Of a DNA stretch of 64,000 nt, positions 1-13,116 are shown piece by piece. The translations under genes and the position numbers were made by a program. Origin of the DNA: Macrostomum lignano (lineage: Eukaryota). Positions within the stretch are counted from its first letter, which is position 1; every line of letters starts with the position of its first letter. Location: the NCBI GenBank assembly GCA_002269645.1, contig NIVC01000646.1:186001-250000 (forward strand). Direction: 5' to 3'. Under the pieces are notes generated by a model that saw only the letters and a list, made by a program, of their open reading frames with translations, did no database searches and was not told where the DNA came from.

Positions 1-3000
1 CAGTCTGCAATCAGACAATGACCCACAGTCTGCAATCAGACAATGACCCACAGTCTGCAATCAGACAATGACCCACAGACTGCAATCAGACAATGACCCA
101 CAGTCTGCAATCAGACAATGACCCACAGACTGCAATCAGACAATGACCACAGTCTGCAATCAGACAATGACCCACAGACTGCAATCAGACAATGACCCAC
201 AGACTGCAATCAGACAATGACCCACAGTCTGCAATCAGACAATGACCCACAGACTGCAATCAGACAATGACCCACAGTCTGCAATCAGACAATGACCCAC
301 AGACTGCAATCAGACAATGACCCACAGTCTGCAATCAGACAATGACCCACAGTCTGCAATCAGACAATGACCCACAGACTGCAATCAGACAATGAATGAC
401 CACAGTCTGCAATCAGACAATGACCCACAGACTGCAATCAGACAATGACCCACAGTCTGCAATCAGACAATGACCCACAGTCTGCAATCAGACAATGACC
501 CACAGACTGCAATCAGACAATGACCCACAGTCTGCAATCAGACAATGACCCACAGACTGCAATCAGACAATGACCCACAGACTGCAATCAGACAATGACC
601 CACAGTCTGCAATCAGACAATGACCCACAGTCTGCAATCAGACAATGACACAGTCTGCAATCAGACAATGACCCACAGACTGCAATCAGACAATGACCCA
701 CAGACTGCAATCAGACAATGACCCACAGACTGCAATCAGACAATGACCCACAGTCTGCAATCAGACAATGACCCACAGACTGCAATCAGACAATGACCCA
801 CAGACTGCAATCAGACAATGACCCACAGACTGCAATCAGACAATGACCACAGTCTGCAATCAGACAATGACCCACAGTCTGCAATCAGACAATGAATGAC
901 CACAGTCTGCAATCAGACAATGACCCACAGTCTGCAATCAGACAATGAATGACCACAGTCTGCAATCAGACAATGACACAGTCTGCAATCAGACAATGAC
1001 CCACAGACTGCAATCAGACAATGACCCACAGACTGCAATCAGACAATGACCCACAGTCTGCAATCAGACAATGACACAGTCTGCAATCAGACAATGACCC
1101 ACAGACTGCAATCAGACAATGACACAGACTGCAATCAGACAATGACCCACAGACTGCAATCAGACAATGACCCACAGTCTGCAATCAGACAATGACCCAC
1201 AGACTGCAATCAGACAATGACCACAGACTGCAATCAGACAATGACCCACAGACTGCAATCAGACAATGAATGACCACAGTCTGCAATCAGACAATGACCC
1301 ACAGTCTGCAATCAGACAATGAATGACCACAGTCTGCAATCAGACAATGAATGACCACAGTCTGCAATCAGACAATGACCCACAGTCTGCAATCAGACAA
1401 TGAATGACCACAGTCTGCAATCAGACAATGAATGACCACAGTCTGCAATCAGACAATGACCCACAGTCTGCAATCAGACAATGAATGACCACAGTCTGCA
1501 ATCAGACAATGACCCACAGACTGCAATCAGACAATGACCCACAGTCTGCAATCAGACAATGACACAGTCTGCAATCAGACAATGACCCACAGTCTGCAAT
1601 CAGACAATGACCCACAGACTGCAATCAGACAATGACCCACAGACTGCAATCAGACAATGACCCACAGTCTGCAATCAGACAATGACCCACAGACTGCAAT
1701 CAGACAATGACCCACAGTCTGCAATCAGACAATGACCCACAGACTGCAATCAGACAATGACCCACAGTCTGCAATCAGACAATGACCCACAGTCTGCAAT
1801 CAGACAATGACCCACAGACTGCAATCAGACAATGACCACAGTCTGCAATCAGACAATGACCCACAGACTGCAATCAGACAATGACCCACAGTCTGCAATC
1901 AGACAATGACCCACAGTCTGCAATCAGACAATGACCCACAGACTGCAATCAGACAATGACCCACAGTCTGCAATCAGACAATGACCCACAGACTGCAATC
2001 AGACAATGACCCACAGACTGCAATCAGACAATGACCCACAGTCTGCAATCAGACAATGACCCACAGACTGCAATCAGACAATGACCCACAGACTGCAATC
2101 AGACAATGACCCACAGTCTGCAATCAGACAATGACCCACAGACTGCAATCAGACAATGACCCACAGTCTGCAATCAGACAATGACCCACAGTCTGCAATC
2201 AGACAATGACCCACAGTCTGCAATCAGACAATGACCCACAGACTGCAATCAGACAATGACCCACAGTCTGCAATCAGACAATGACCCACAGACTGCAATC
2301 AGACAATGACCCACAGTCTGCAATCAGACAATGACCCACAGTCTGCAATCAGACAATGACCCACAGACTGCAATCAGACAATGACCCACAGTCTGCAATC
2401 AGACAATGACCCACAGACTGCAATCAGACAATGACCCACAGTCTGCAATCAGACAATGACCCACAGACTGCAATCAGACAATGACCCACAGTCTGCAATC
2501 AGACAATGACCCACAGTCTGCAATCAGACAATGACCCACAGACTGCAATCAGACAATGACCCACAGTCTGCAATCAGACAATGACCCACAGACTGCAATC
2601 AGACAATGACCCACAGTCTGCAATCAGACAATGACCCACAGTCTGCAATCAGACAATGACCCACAGACTGCAATCAGACAATGACCCACAGTCTGCAATC
2701 AGACAATGACCCACAGTCTGCAATCAGACAATGACACAGTGCAATCAGACAATGACCCACAGACTGCAATCAGACAATGACCCACAGACTGCAATCAGAC
2801 AATGACCCACAGACTGCAATCAGACAATGACCCACAGTCTGCAATCAGACAATGACCCACAGACTGCAATCAGACAATGACCACAGTCTGCAATCAGACA
2901 ATGACCCACAGACTGCAATCAGACAATGAATGACCACAGTCTGCAATCAGACAATGACCCACAGTCTGCAATCAGACAATGAATGACCACAGTCTGCAAT

Positions 3001-6000
3001 CAGACAATGAATGACCACAGTCTGCAATCAGACAATGACCCACAGTCTGCAATCAGACAATGAATGACCACAGTCTGCAATCAGACAATGAATGACCACA
3101 GTCTGCAATCAGACAATGACCCACAGTCTGCAATCAGACAATGAATGACCACAGTCTGCAATCAGACAATGACCCACAGACTGCAATCAGACAATGACCC
3201 ACAGTCTGCAATCAGACAATGACCCACAGTCTGCAATCAGACAATGACCCACAGTCTGCAATCAGACAATGACCCACAGACTGCAATCAGACAATGACCC
3301 ACAGACTGCAATCAGACAATGACCCACAGTCTGCAATCAGACAATGACCCACAGACTGCAATCAGACAATGACCCACAGTCTGCAATCAGACAATGACCC
3401 ACAGACTGCAATCAGACAATGACCCACAGTCTGCAATCAGACAATGACCCACAGTCTGCAATCAGACAATGACCCACAGACTGCAATCAGACAATGAATG
3501 ACCACAGTCTGCAATCAGACAATGACCCACAGACTGCAATCAGACAATGACCCACAGTCTGCAATCAGACAATGACCCACAGTCTGCAATCAGACAATGA
3601 CCCACAGACTGCAATCAGACAATGACCCACAGTCTGCAATCAGACAATGACCCACAGACTGCAATCAGACAATGACCCACAGACTGCAATCAGACAATGA
3701 CCCACAGTCTGCAATCAGACAATGACCCACAGACTGCAATCAGACAATGACCCACAGACTGCAATCAGACAATGACCCACAGTCTGCAATCAGACAATGA
3801 CCCACAGACTGCAATCAGACAATGACCCACAGTCTGCAATCAGACAATGACCCACAGTCTGCAATCAGACAATGACCCACAGTCTGCAATCAGACAATGA
3901 CCCACAGACTGCAATCAGACAATGACCCACAGTCTGCAATCAGACAATGACCCACAGACTGCAATCAGACAATGACCCACAGTCTGCAATCAGACAATGA
4001 CCCACAGTCTGCAATCAGACAATGACCCACAGACTGCAATCAGACAATGACCCACAGTCTGCAATCAGACAATGACCCACAGACTGCAATCAGACAATGA
4101 CCCACAGTCTGCAATCAGACAATGACCCACAGTCTGCAATCAGACAATGACCCACAGTCTGCAATCAGACAATGACCCACAGACTGCAATCAGACAATGA
4201 CCCACAGTCTGCAATCAGACAATGACCCACAGTCTGCAATCAGACAATGACCCACAGTCTGCAATCAGACAATGACCCACAGTCTGCAATCAGACAATGA
4301 CCCACAGTCTGCAATCAGACAATGACCCACAGACTGCAATCAGACAATGACCCACAGTCTGCAATCAGACAATGACCCACAGACTGCAATCAGACAATGA
4401 CCCACAGTCTGCAATCAGACAATGACCCACAGTCTGCAATCAGACAATGACCCACAGACTGCAATCAGACAATGACCCACAGTCTGCAATCAGACAATGA
4501 CCCACAGACTGCAATCAGACAATGACCCACAGTCTGCAATCAGACAATGACCCACAGTCTGCAATCAGACAATGACCCACAGACTGCAATCAGACAATGA
4601 CCCACAGTCTGCAATCAGACAATGACCCACAGACTGCAATCAGACAATGACCCACAGACTGCAATCAGACAATGACCCACAGACTGCAATCAGACAATGA
4701 CCCACAGTCTGCAATCAGACAATGACCACAGTCTGCAATCAGACAATGACCCACAGTCTGCAATCAGACAATGACCCACAGTCTGCAATCAGACAATGAC
4801 CCACAGACTGCAATCAGACAATGACCCACAGTCTGCAATCAGACAATGACCCACAGACTGCAATCAGACAATGACCCACAGTCTGCAATCAGACAATGAC
4901 CCACAGTGCAATCAGACAATGACCCACAGACTGCAATCAGACAATGACCCACAGACTGCAATCAGACAATGACCCACAGACTGCAATCAGACAATGACCC
5001 ACAGTCTGCAATCAGACAATGACCCACAGACTGCAATCAGACAATGACCACAGACTGCAATCAGACAATGACCCACAGACTGCAATCAGACAATGAATGA
5101 CCACAGTCTGCAATCAGACAATGACCCACAGTCTGCAATCAGACAATGAATGACCACAGTCTGCAATCAGACAATGACCCACAGTCTGCAATCAGACAAT
5201 GACCACAGTCTGCAATCAGACAATGACCCACAGTCTGCAATCAGACAATGACCCACAGACTGCAATCAGACAATGACCCACAGACTGCAATCAGACAATG
5301 ACCCACAGTCTGCAATCAGACAATGACACAGTTGCAATCAGACAATGACCCACAGACTGCAATCAGACAATGACCCACAGACTGCAATCAGACAATGACC
5401 CACAGACTGCAATCAGACAATGACCCACAGTCTGCAATCAGACAATGACCCACAGACTGCAATCAGACAATGACCACAGACTGCAATCAGACAATGACCC
5501 ACAGACTGCAATCAGACAATGAATGACTCACAGTCTGCAATCAGACAATGACCCACAGTCTGCAATCAGACAATGAATGACCACAGTCTGCAATCAGACA
5601 ATGAATGACTCACAGTCTGCAATCAGACAATGACCCACAGTCTGCAATCAGACAATGAATGACCACAGTCTGCAATCAGACAATGAATGACTCACAGTCT
5701 GCAATCAGACAATGACCCACAGTCTGCAATCAGACAATGAATGACCACAGTCTGCAATCAGACAATGACCCACAGACTGCAATCAGACAATGACCCACAG
5801 TCTGCAATCAGACAATGACACAGTCTGCAATCAGACAATGACACAGTCTGCAATCAGACAATGACCCACAGACTGCAATCAGACAATGACCCACAGACTG
5901 CAATCAGACAATGACCCACAGTCTGCAATCAGACAATGACCCACAGACTGCAATCAGACAATGACCCACAGTCTGCAATCAGACAATGACCCACAGACTG

Positions 6001-9000
6001 CAATCAGACAATGACCCACAGTCTGCAATCAGACAATGACCCACAGTCTGCAATCAGACAATGACCCACAGACTGCAATCAGACAATGACCCACAGTCTG
6101 CAATCAGACAATGACCCACAGACTGCAATCAGACAATGACCCACAGTCTGCAATCAGACAATGACCCACAGTCTGCAATCAGACAATGACCCACAGACTG
6201 CAATCAGACAATGACCCACAGTCTGCAATCAGACAATGACCCACAGACTGCAATCAGACAATGACCCACAGACTGCAATCAGACAATGACCCACAGTCTG
6301 CAATCAGACAATGACCCACAGACTGCAATCAGACAATGACCCACAGACTGCAATCAGACAATGACCCACAGTCTGCAATCAGACAATGACCCACAGACTG
6401 CAATCAGACAATGACCCACAGTCTGCAATCAGACAATGACCCACAGTCTGCAATCAGACAATGACCCACAGTCTGCAATCAGACAATGACCCACAGACTG
6501 CAATCAGACAATGACCCACAGTCTGCAATCAGACAATGACCCACAGACTGCAATCAGACAATGACCCACAGTCTGCAATCAGACAATGACCCACAGTCTG
6601 CAATCAGACAATGACCCACAGACTGCAATCAGACAATGACCCACAGTCTGCAATCAGACAATGACCCACAGTCTGCAATCAGACAATGACCCACAGTCTG
6701 CAATCAGACAATGACCACAGTCTGCAATCAGACAATGACCCACAGTCTGCAATCAGACAATGACCCACAGACTGCAATCAGACAATGACCCACAGTCTGC
6801 AATCAGACAATGACCCACAGACTGCAATCAGACAATGACCCACAGTCTGCAATCAGACAATGACCCACAGTCTGCAATCAGACAATGACCCACAGTCTGC
6901 AATCAGACAATGACCCACAGACTGCAATCAGACAATGACCCACAGTCTGCAATCAGACAATGACCCACAGACTGCAATCAGACAATGACCCACAGTCTGC
7001 AATCAGACAATGACCCACAGTCTGCAATCAGACAATGACCCACAGACTGCAATCAGACAATGACCCACAGTCTGCAATCAGACAATGACCCACAGACTGC
7101 AATCAGACAATGACCCACAGTCTGCAATCAGACAATGACCCACAGACTGCAATCAGACAATGACCCACAGACTGCAATCAGACAATGACCACAGTCTGCA
7201 ATCAGACAATGACCCACAGACTGCAATCAGACAATGACCCACAGTCTGCAATCAGACAATGACCCACAGTCTGCAATCAGACAATGACCCACAGTCTGCA
7301 ATCAGACAATGACCCACAGTCTGCAATCAGACAATGACCCACAGACTGCAATCAGACAATGACCCACAGTCTGCAATCAGACAATGACCCACAGTCTGCA
7401 ATCAGACAATGACCCACAGACTGCAATCAGACAATGACCCACAGTCTGCAATCAGACAATGACCCACAGACTGCAATCAGACAATGACCCACAGACTGCA
7501 ATCAGACAATGACCCACAGACTGCAATCAGACAATGACCCACAGACTGCAATCAGACAATGACCCACAGACTGCAATCAGACAATGACCCACAGACTGCA
7601 ATCAGACAATGACCCACAGACTGCAATCAGACAATGACCACAGTCTGCAATCAGACAATGACCCACAGACTGCAATCAGACAATGAATGACTCACAGTCT
7701 GCAATCAGACAATGACCCACAGTCTGCAATCAGACAATGAATGACTCACAGTCTGCAATCAGACAATGACCCACAGTCTGCAATCAGACAATGAATGACA
7801 CAGTCTGCAATCAGACAATGACCCACAGTCTGCAATCAGACAATGACCCACAGACTGCAATCAGACAATGACCCACAGACTGCAATCAGACAATGACCCA
7901 CAGTCTGCAATCAGACAATGAATGAATCACAGTTTGCAATCAGACAATGACCCACAGACTGCAATCAGACAATGACATACAGACTGCAATCAGACAATGA
8001 CCCACAGACTGCAATCAGACAATGACCCACAGTCTGCAATCAGACAATGACCCACAGACTGCAATCAGACAATGAACCACAGACTGCAATCAGACAATGA
8101 CCCACAGACTGCAATCTGACAATGAATGACTCACAGTCTGCAATCAGGCAATGACCCACAGTCTGCAATCAGACAATGAATGACTCACAGTCTGCAATCA
8201 GACAATGAATGACTCACAGTCTGCAATCAGGCAATGACCCACAGTCTGCAATCAGACAATGAATGACTCACAGTCTGCAATCAGACAATGAATGACTCAC
8301 AGTCTGCAATCAGACAATGACCCACAGTCTGCAATCAGACAATGAATGACTCACAGTCTGCAATCAGACAATGACCCACAGACTGCAATCAGACAATGAC
8401 CCACAGTCTGCAATCAGACAATGAATGAATCACAGTCTGCAATCAGACAATGAATCACAGTCTGCAATCAGACAATGACCCACAGACTGCAATCAGACAA
8501 TGACCCACAGACTGCAATCAGACAATGACCCACAGTCTGCAATCAGACAATGACCCACAGACTGCAATCAGACAATGACCCACAGTCTGCAATCAGACAA
8601 TGACCCACAGACTGCAATCAGACAATGACCCACAGTCTGCAATCAGACAATGACCCACAGTCTGCAATCAGACAATGACCCACAGACTGCAATCAGACAA
8701 TGAATGACCACAGTCTGCAATCAGACAATGACCCACAGACTGCAATCAGACAATGACCCACAGTCTGCAATCAGACAATGACCCACAGTCTGCAATCAGA
8801 CAATGACCCACAGACTGCAATCAGACAATGACCCACAGTCTGCAATCAGACAATGACCCACAGACTGCAATCAGACAATGACCCACAGACTGCAATCAGA
8901 CAATGACCCACAGTCTGCAATCAGACAATGACCCACAGACTGCAATCAGACAATGACCCACAGACTGCAATCAGACAATGACCCACAGTCTGCAATCAGA

Positions 9001-12000
9001 CAATGACCCACAGACTGCAATCAGACAATGACCCACGTCTGCAATCAGACAATGACCCACAGTCTGCAATCAGACAATGACCCACAGTCTGCAATCAGAC
9101 AATGACCCACAGACTGCAATCAGACAATGACCACAGTCTGCAATCAGACAATGACCCACAGACTGCAATCAACAATGACCCACGTCTGCAATCAGACAAT
9201 GACCCACAGTCTGCAATCAGACAATGACCCACAGACTGCAATCAGACAATGACCCACAGTCTGCAATCAGACAATGACCCACAGACTGCAATCAGACAAT
9301 GACCCACAGTCTGCAATCAGACAATGAATGACTCACAGTCTGCAATCAGACAATGACCCACAGTCTGCAATCAGACAATGACCCACTGACTGCAATCAGA
9401 CAATGACCCACAGTCTGCAATCAGACAATGACCCACAGACTGCAATCAGACAATGACCCACGGTCTGCAATCAGACAATGACCCACAGTCTGCAATCAGA
9501 CAATGACCCACAGTCTGCAATCAGACAATGACCCACAGACTGCAATCAGACAATGACCCACAGTCTGCAATCAGACAATGACCCACAGACTGCAATCAGA
9601 CAATGACCCACGTCTGCAATCAGACAATGACCCACAGTCTGCAATCAGACAATGACCCACAGACTGCAATCAGACAATGACCCACAGTCTGCAATCAGAC
9701 AATGACCCACAGACTGCAATCAGACAATGACCCACAGTCTGCAATCAGACAATGAATGACTCACAGTCTGCAATCAGACAATGACCCACAGACTGCAATC
9801 AGACAATGACCCACAGTCTGCAATCAGACGATGACCCACAGACTGCAATCAGACAATGACCCACTGACTGCAATCAGACAATGACCCACAGACTGCAATC
9901 AGACAATGACCCACAGACTGCAATCAGACAATGAATGACTCACAGTCTGCAATCAGGCAATGACCCACAGTCTGCAATCAGACAATGAATGACTCACAGT
10001 CTGCAATCAGACAATGACCCACAGACTGCAATCAGACAATGACCCACAGTCTGCAATCAGACAATGACCCACAGACTGCAATCAGACAATGACCCACAGT
10101 CTGCAATCAGACAATGAATGAATCACAGTTTGCAATCAGACAATGACCCACAGACTGCAATCAGACAATGACCCACAGACTGCAATCAGACAATGACCCA
10201 CAGACTGCAATCAGACAATGACCCACAGTCTGCAATCAGACAATGACCCACAGACTGCAATCAGACAATGAACCACAGACTGCAATCAGACAATGACCCA
10301 CAGACTGCAATCTGACAATGAATGACTCACAGTCTGCAATCAGGCAATGACCCACAGTCTGCAATCAGACAATGAATGACTCACAGTCTGCAATCAGGCA
10401 ATGACCCACAGTCTGCAATCAGACAATGAATGACTCACAGTCTGCAATCAGACAATGAATGAATCACAGTCTGCAATCAGACAATGACCCACAGACTGCA
10501 ATCAGACAATGACCCACAGACTGCAATCAGACAATGACCCACAGTCTGCAATCAGACAATGAATGAATCACAGTTTGCAATCAGACAATGACCCACAGAC
10601 TGCAATCAGACAATGACATACAGACTGCAATCAGACAATGACCCACAGACTGCAATCAGACAATGACCCACAGTCTGCAATCAGACAATGACCCACAGAC
10701 TGCAATCAGACAATGAACCACAGACTGCAATCAGACAATGACCCACAGACTGCAATCTGACAATGAATGACTCACAGTCTGCAATCAGGCAATGACCCAC
10801 AGTCTGCAATCAGACAATGAATGACTCACAGTCTGCAATCAGACAATGAATGACTCACAGTCTGCAATCAGGCAATGACCCACAGTCTGCAATCAGACAA
10901 TGAATGACTCACAGTCTGCAATCAGACAATGAATGACTCACAGTCTGCAATCAGACAATGACCCACAGTCTGCAATCAGACAATGAATGACTCACAGTCT
11001 GCAATCAGACAATGACCCACAGACTGCAATCAGACAATGACCCACAGTCTGCAATCAGACAATGAATGAATCACAGTCTGCAATCAGACAATGAATCACA
11101 GTCTGCAATCAGACAATGACCCACAGACTGCAATCAGACAATGACCCACAGACTGCAATCAGACAATGACCCACAGTCTGCAATCAGACAATGACCCACA
11201 GACTGCAATCAGACAATGACCCACGGTCTGCAATCAGACAATGACCCACAGACTGCAATCAGACAATGACCCACAGTCTGCAATCAGACAATGACCCACA
11301 GTCTGCAATCAGACAATGACCCACAGACTGCAATCAGACAATGAATGACTCACAGTCTGCAATCAGACAATGACCCACAGACTGCAATCAGACAATGACC
11401 CACAGTCTGCAATCAGACAATGACCCACAGTCTGCAATCAGACAATGACCCACAGACTGCAATCAGACAATGACCCACAGTCTGCAATCAGACAATGACC
11501 CACAGACTGCAATCAGACAATGACCCACAGACTGCAATCAGACAATGACCCACAGTCTGCAATCAGACAATGACCCACAGACTGCAATCAGACAATGACC
11601 CACAGACTGCAATCAGACAATGACCCACAGTCTGCAATCAGACAATGACCCACAGACTGCAATCAGACAATGACCCACGGTCTGCAATCAGACAATTACC
11701 CACAGTCTGCAATCAGACAATGACCCACAGTCTGCAATCAGACAATGACCCACAGACTGCAATCAGACACTGAGCCACAGTCTGCAATCAGACAATGACC
11801 CACAGACTGCAATCAAACAATGACCCACGGTCTGCAATTAGACAATGACCCACAGTCTGCAATCAGACAATGACCCGCAGACTGCAATCAGACAATGACC
11901 CACAGTCTGCAATCAGACAATGACCCACAGACTGCAATCAGACAATGACCCACAGTCTGCAATCAGACAATGAATGACTCACAGTCTGCAATCAGACAAT

Positions 12001-12163
12001 GACCCACAGTCTGCAATCAGACAATGACCCACTGACTGCAATCAGACAATTACCCACAGTCTGCAATCAGACAATGACCCACAGACTGCAATCAGACAAT
12101 GACCCACAGACTGCAATCAGACAATGACCCACAGACTGCAATCAGACAATGAATGACGCACAG
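1..12163. repeat. 25-bp tandem satellite (CAG[T/A]CTGCAATCAGACAATGACCCA)n, runs off the left edge
   Basis: Directly visible 25-nt period with a T/A dimorphic site and AATG-insertion or deletion variants; no ORF in the track. Confidence 0.98.
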
Positions 12164-13116
12164 TTAGCAAGTGCCACTATAAGTAAGTCTTATAAAACAT
12201 CAGCTAAATTAGCCATTACGGACAAAAAGCTAATAAGTGGATCGTTTCGAAGCACTAAAGAATTCCCACGCAGTGGTTGACTGACAGTCCCTGCTTGGCA
12301 GTGTGCGAATCAGTGCACCTGCACTCTAGGTGGCTAGCCGCAAAAACTTCAGGAAATAAGAGGCTGTGGCCGAACTTTGAATTTTTCATGACTCCAGAGG
12401 CTCGCTGGCGCGTGAAGAATGAGCTCCTGGCCAGCTGTTATTATCATCGGTCGAGCGTGTCGGTTCCGATAACTCCCTGCCTTGCTTGCGCCCGTCGGGT
12501 TTTTTAAAGCGAATTTTTAAGTATTCTGAGACTTTTTTGCTACATTCAGCTGCGGGGACTCCGCCGGCGCTTCTGGGTCTCTGCCGGCCTGCCCCTGCCT
12601 CTGGTGGATAAAATACTATCCGATGTTTTGTCTAGATCCACTGCTTCCTAACCACTGTCCTTCTTACTGACTACCTCTCTCCTCTCATCTCTCCCCTCAT
12701 ACAAGTGTCCTTCACACCTCTCGTCTCGTCTCCTCTCCATCACCTTCCTTTCTCTCTCTCCCTTCCCCTCTCTCTCTCCCTTCTCCCCTCTCCCGTCTCC
12801 CCCTCTTACCATCACCCACACTGCCGTCTCTAAAAACGTTTCGTTGGTCAGCCTATCGGCATCCTAAACCGTGTCCATACGGTTAACTAGGGCAGGCATC
12901 AATTATAGATCGCAGCGGCAACAAAAGAGTAACAGGGAGAAAGAGAAGGAGAGGGTGAGAGACCGGTTTCAAGTCTCTAAGCTTTTTGTCAGGCCAAAAA
13001 TATTAAAACATTAATTACAATATTGAATAACTTAAGTGAATATTTGATTTAACGAGAGGGAGACAGGTAGAGACGGAGAGGCCTATCCCCTGAAAACGGC
13101 TGCCTCCCCGCAGAGC

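Noticed and set aside
1-12163. CRISPR-like array
   Set aside because: Head-to-tail monomers with no unique spacers, in a eukaryotic intron-containing context with no cas genes.
12180-12650. Possible transposon ORF remnant with an RGRGRP AT-hook-like peptide on the minus strand
   Set aside because: Frames are short and interrupted, and I recognise no further domain motif.
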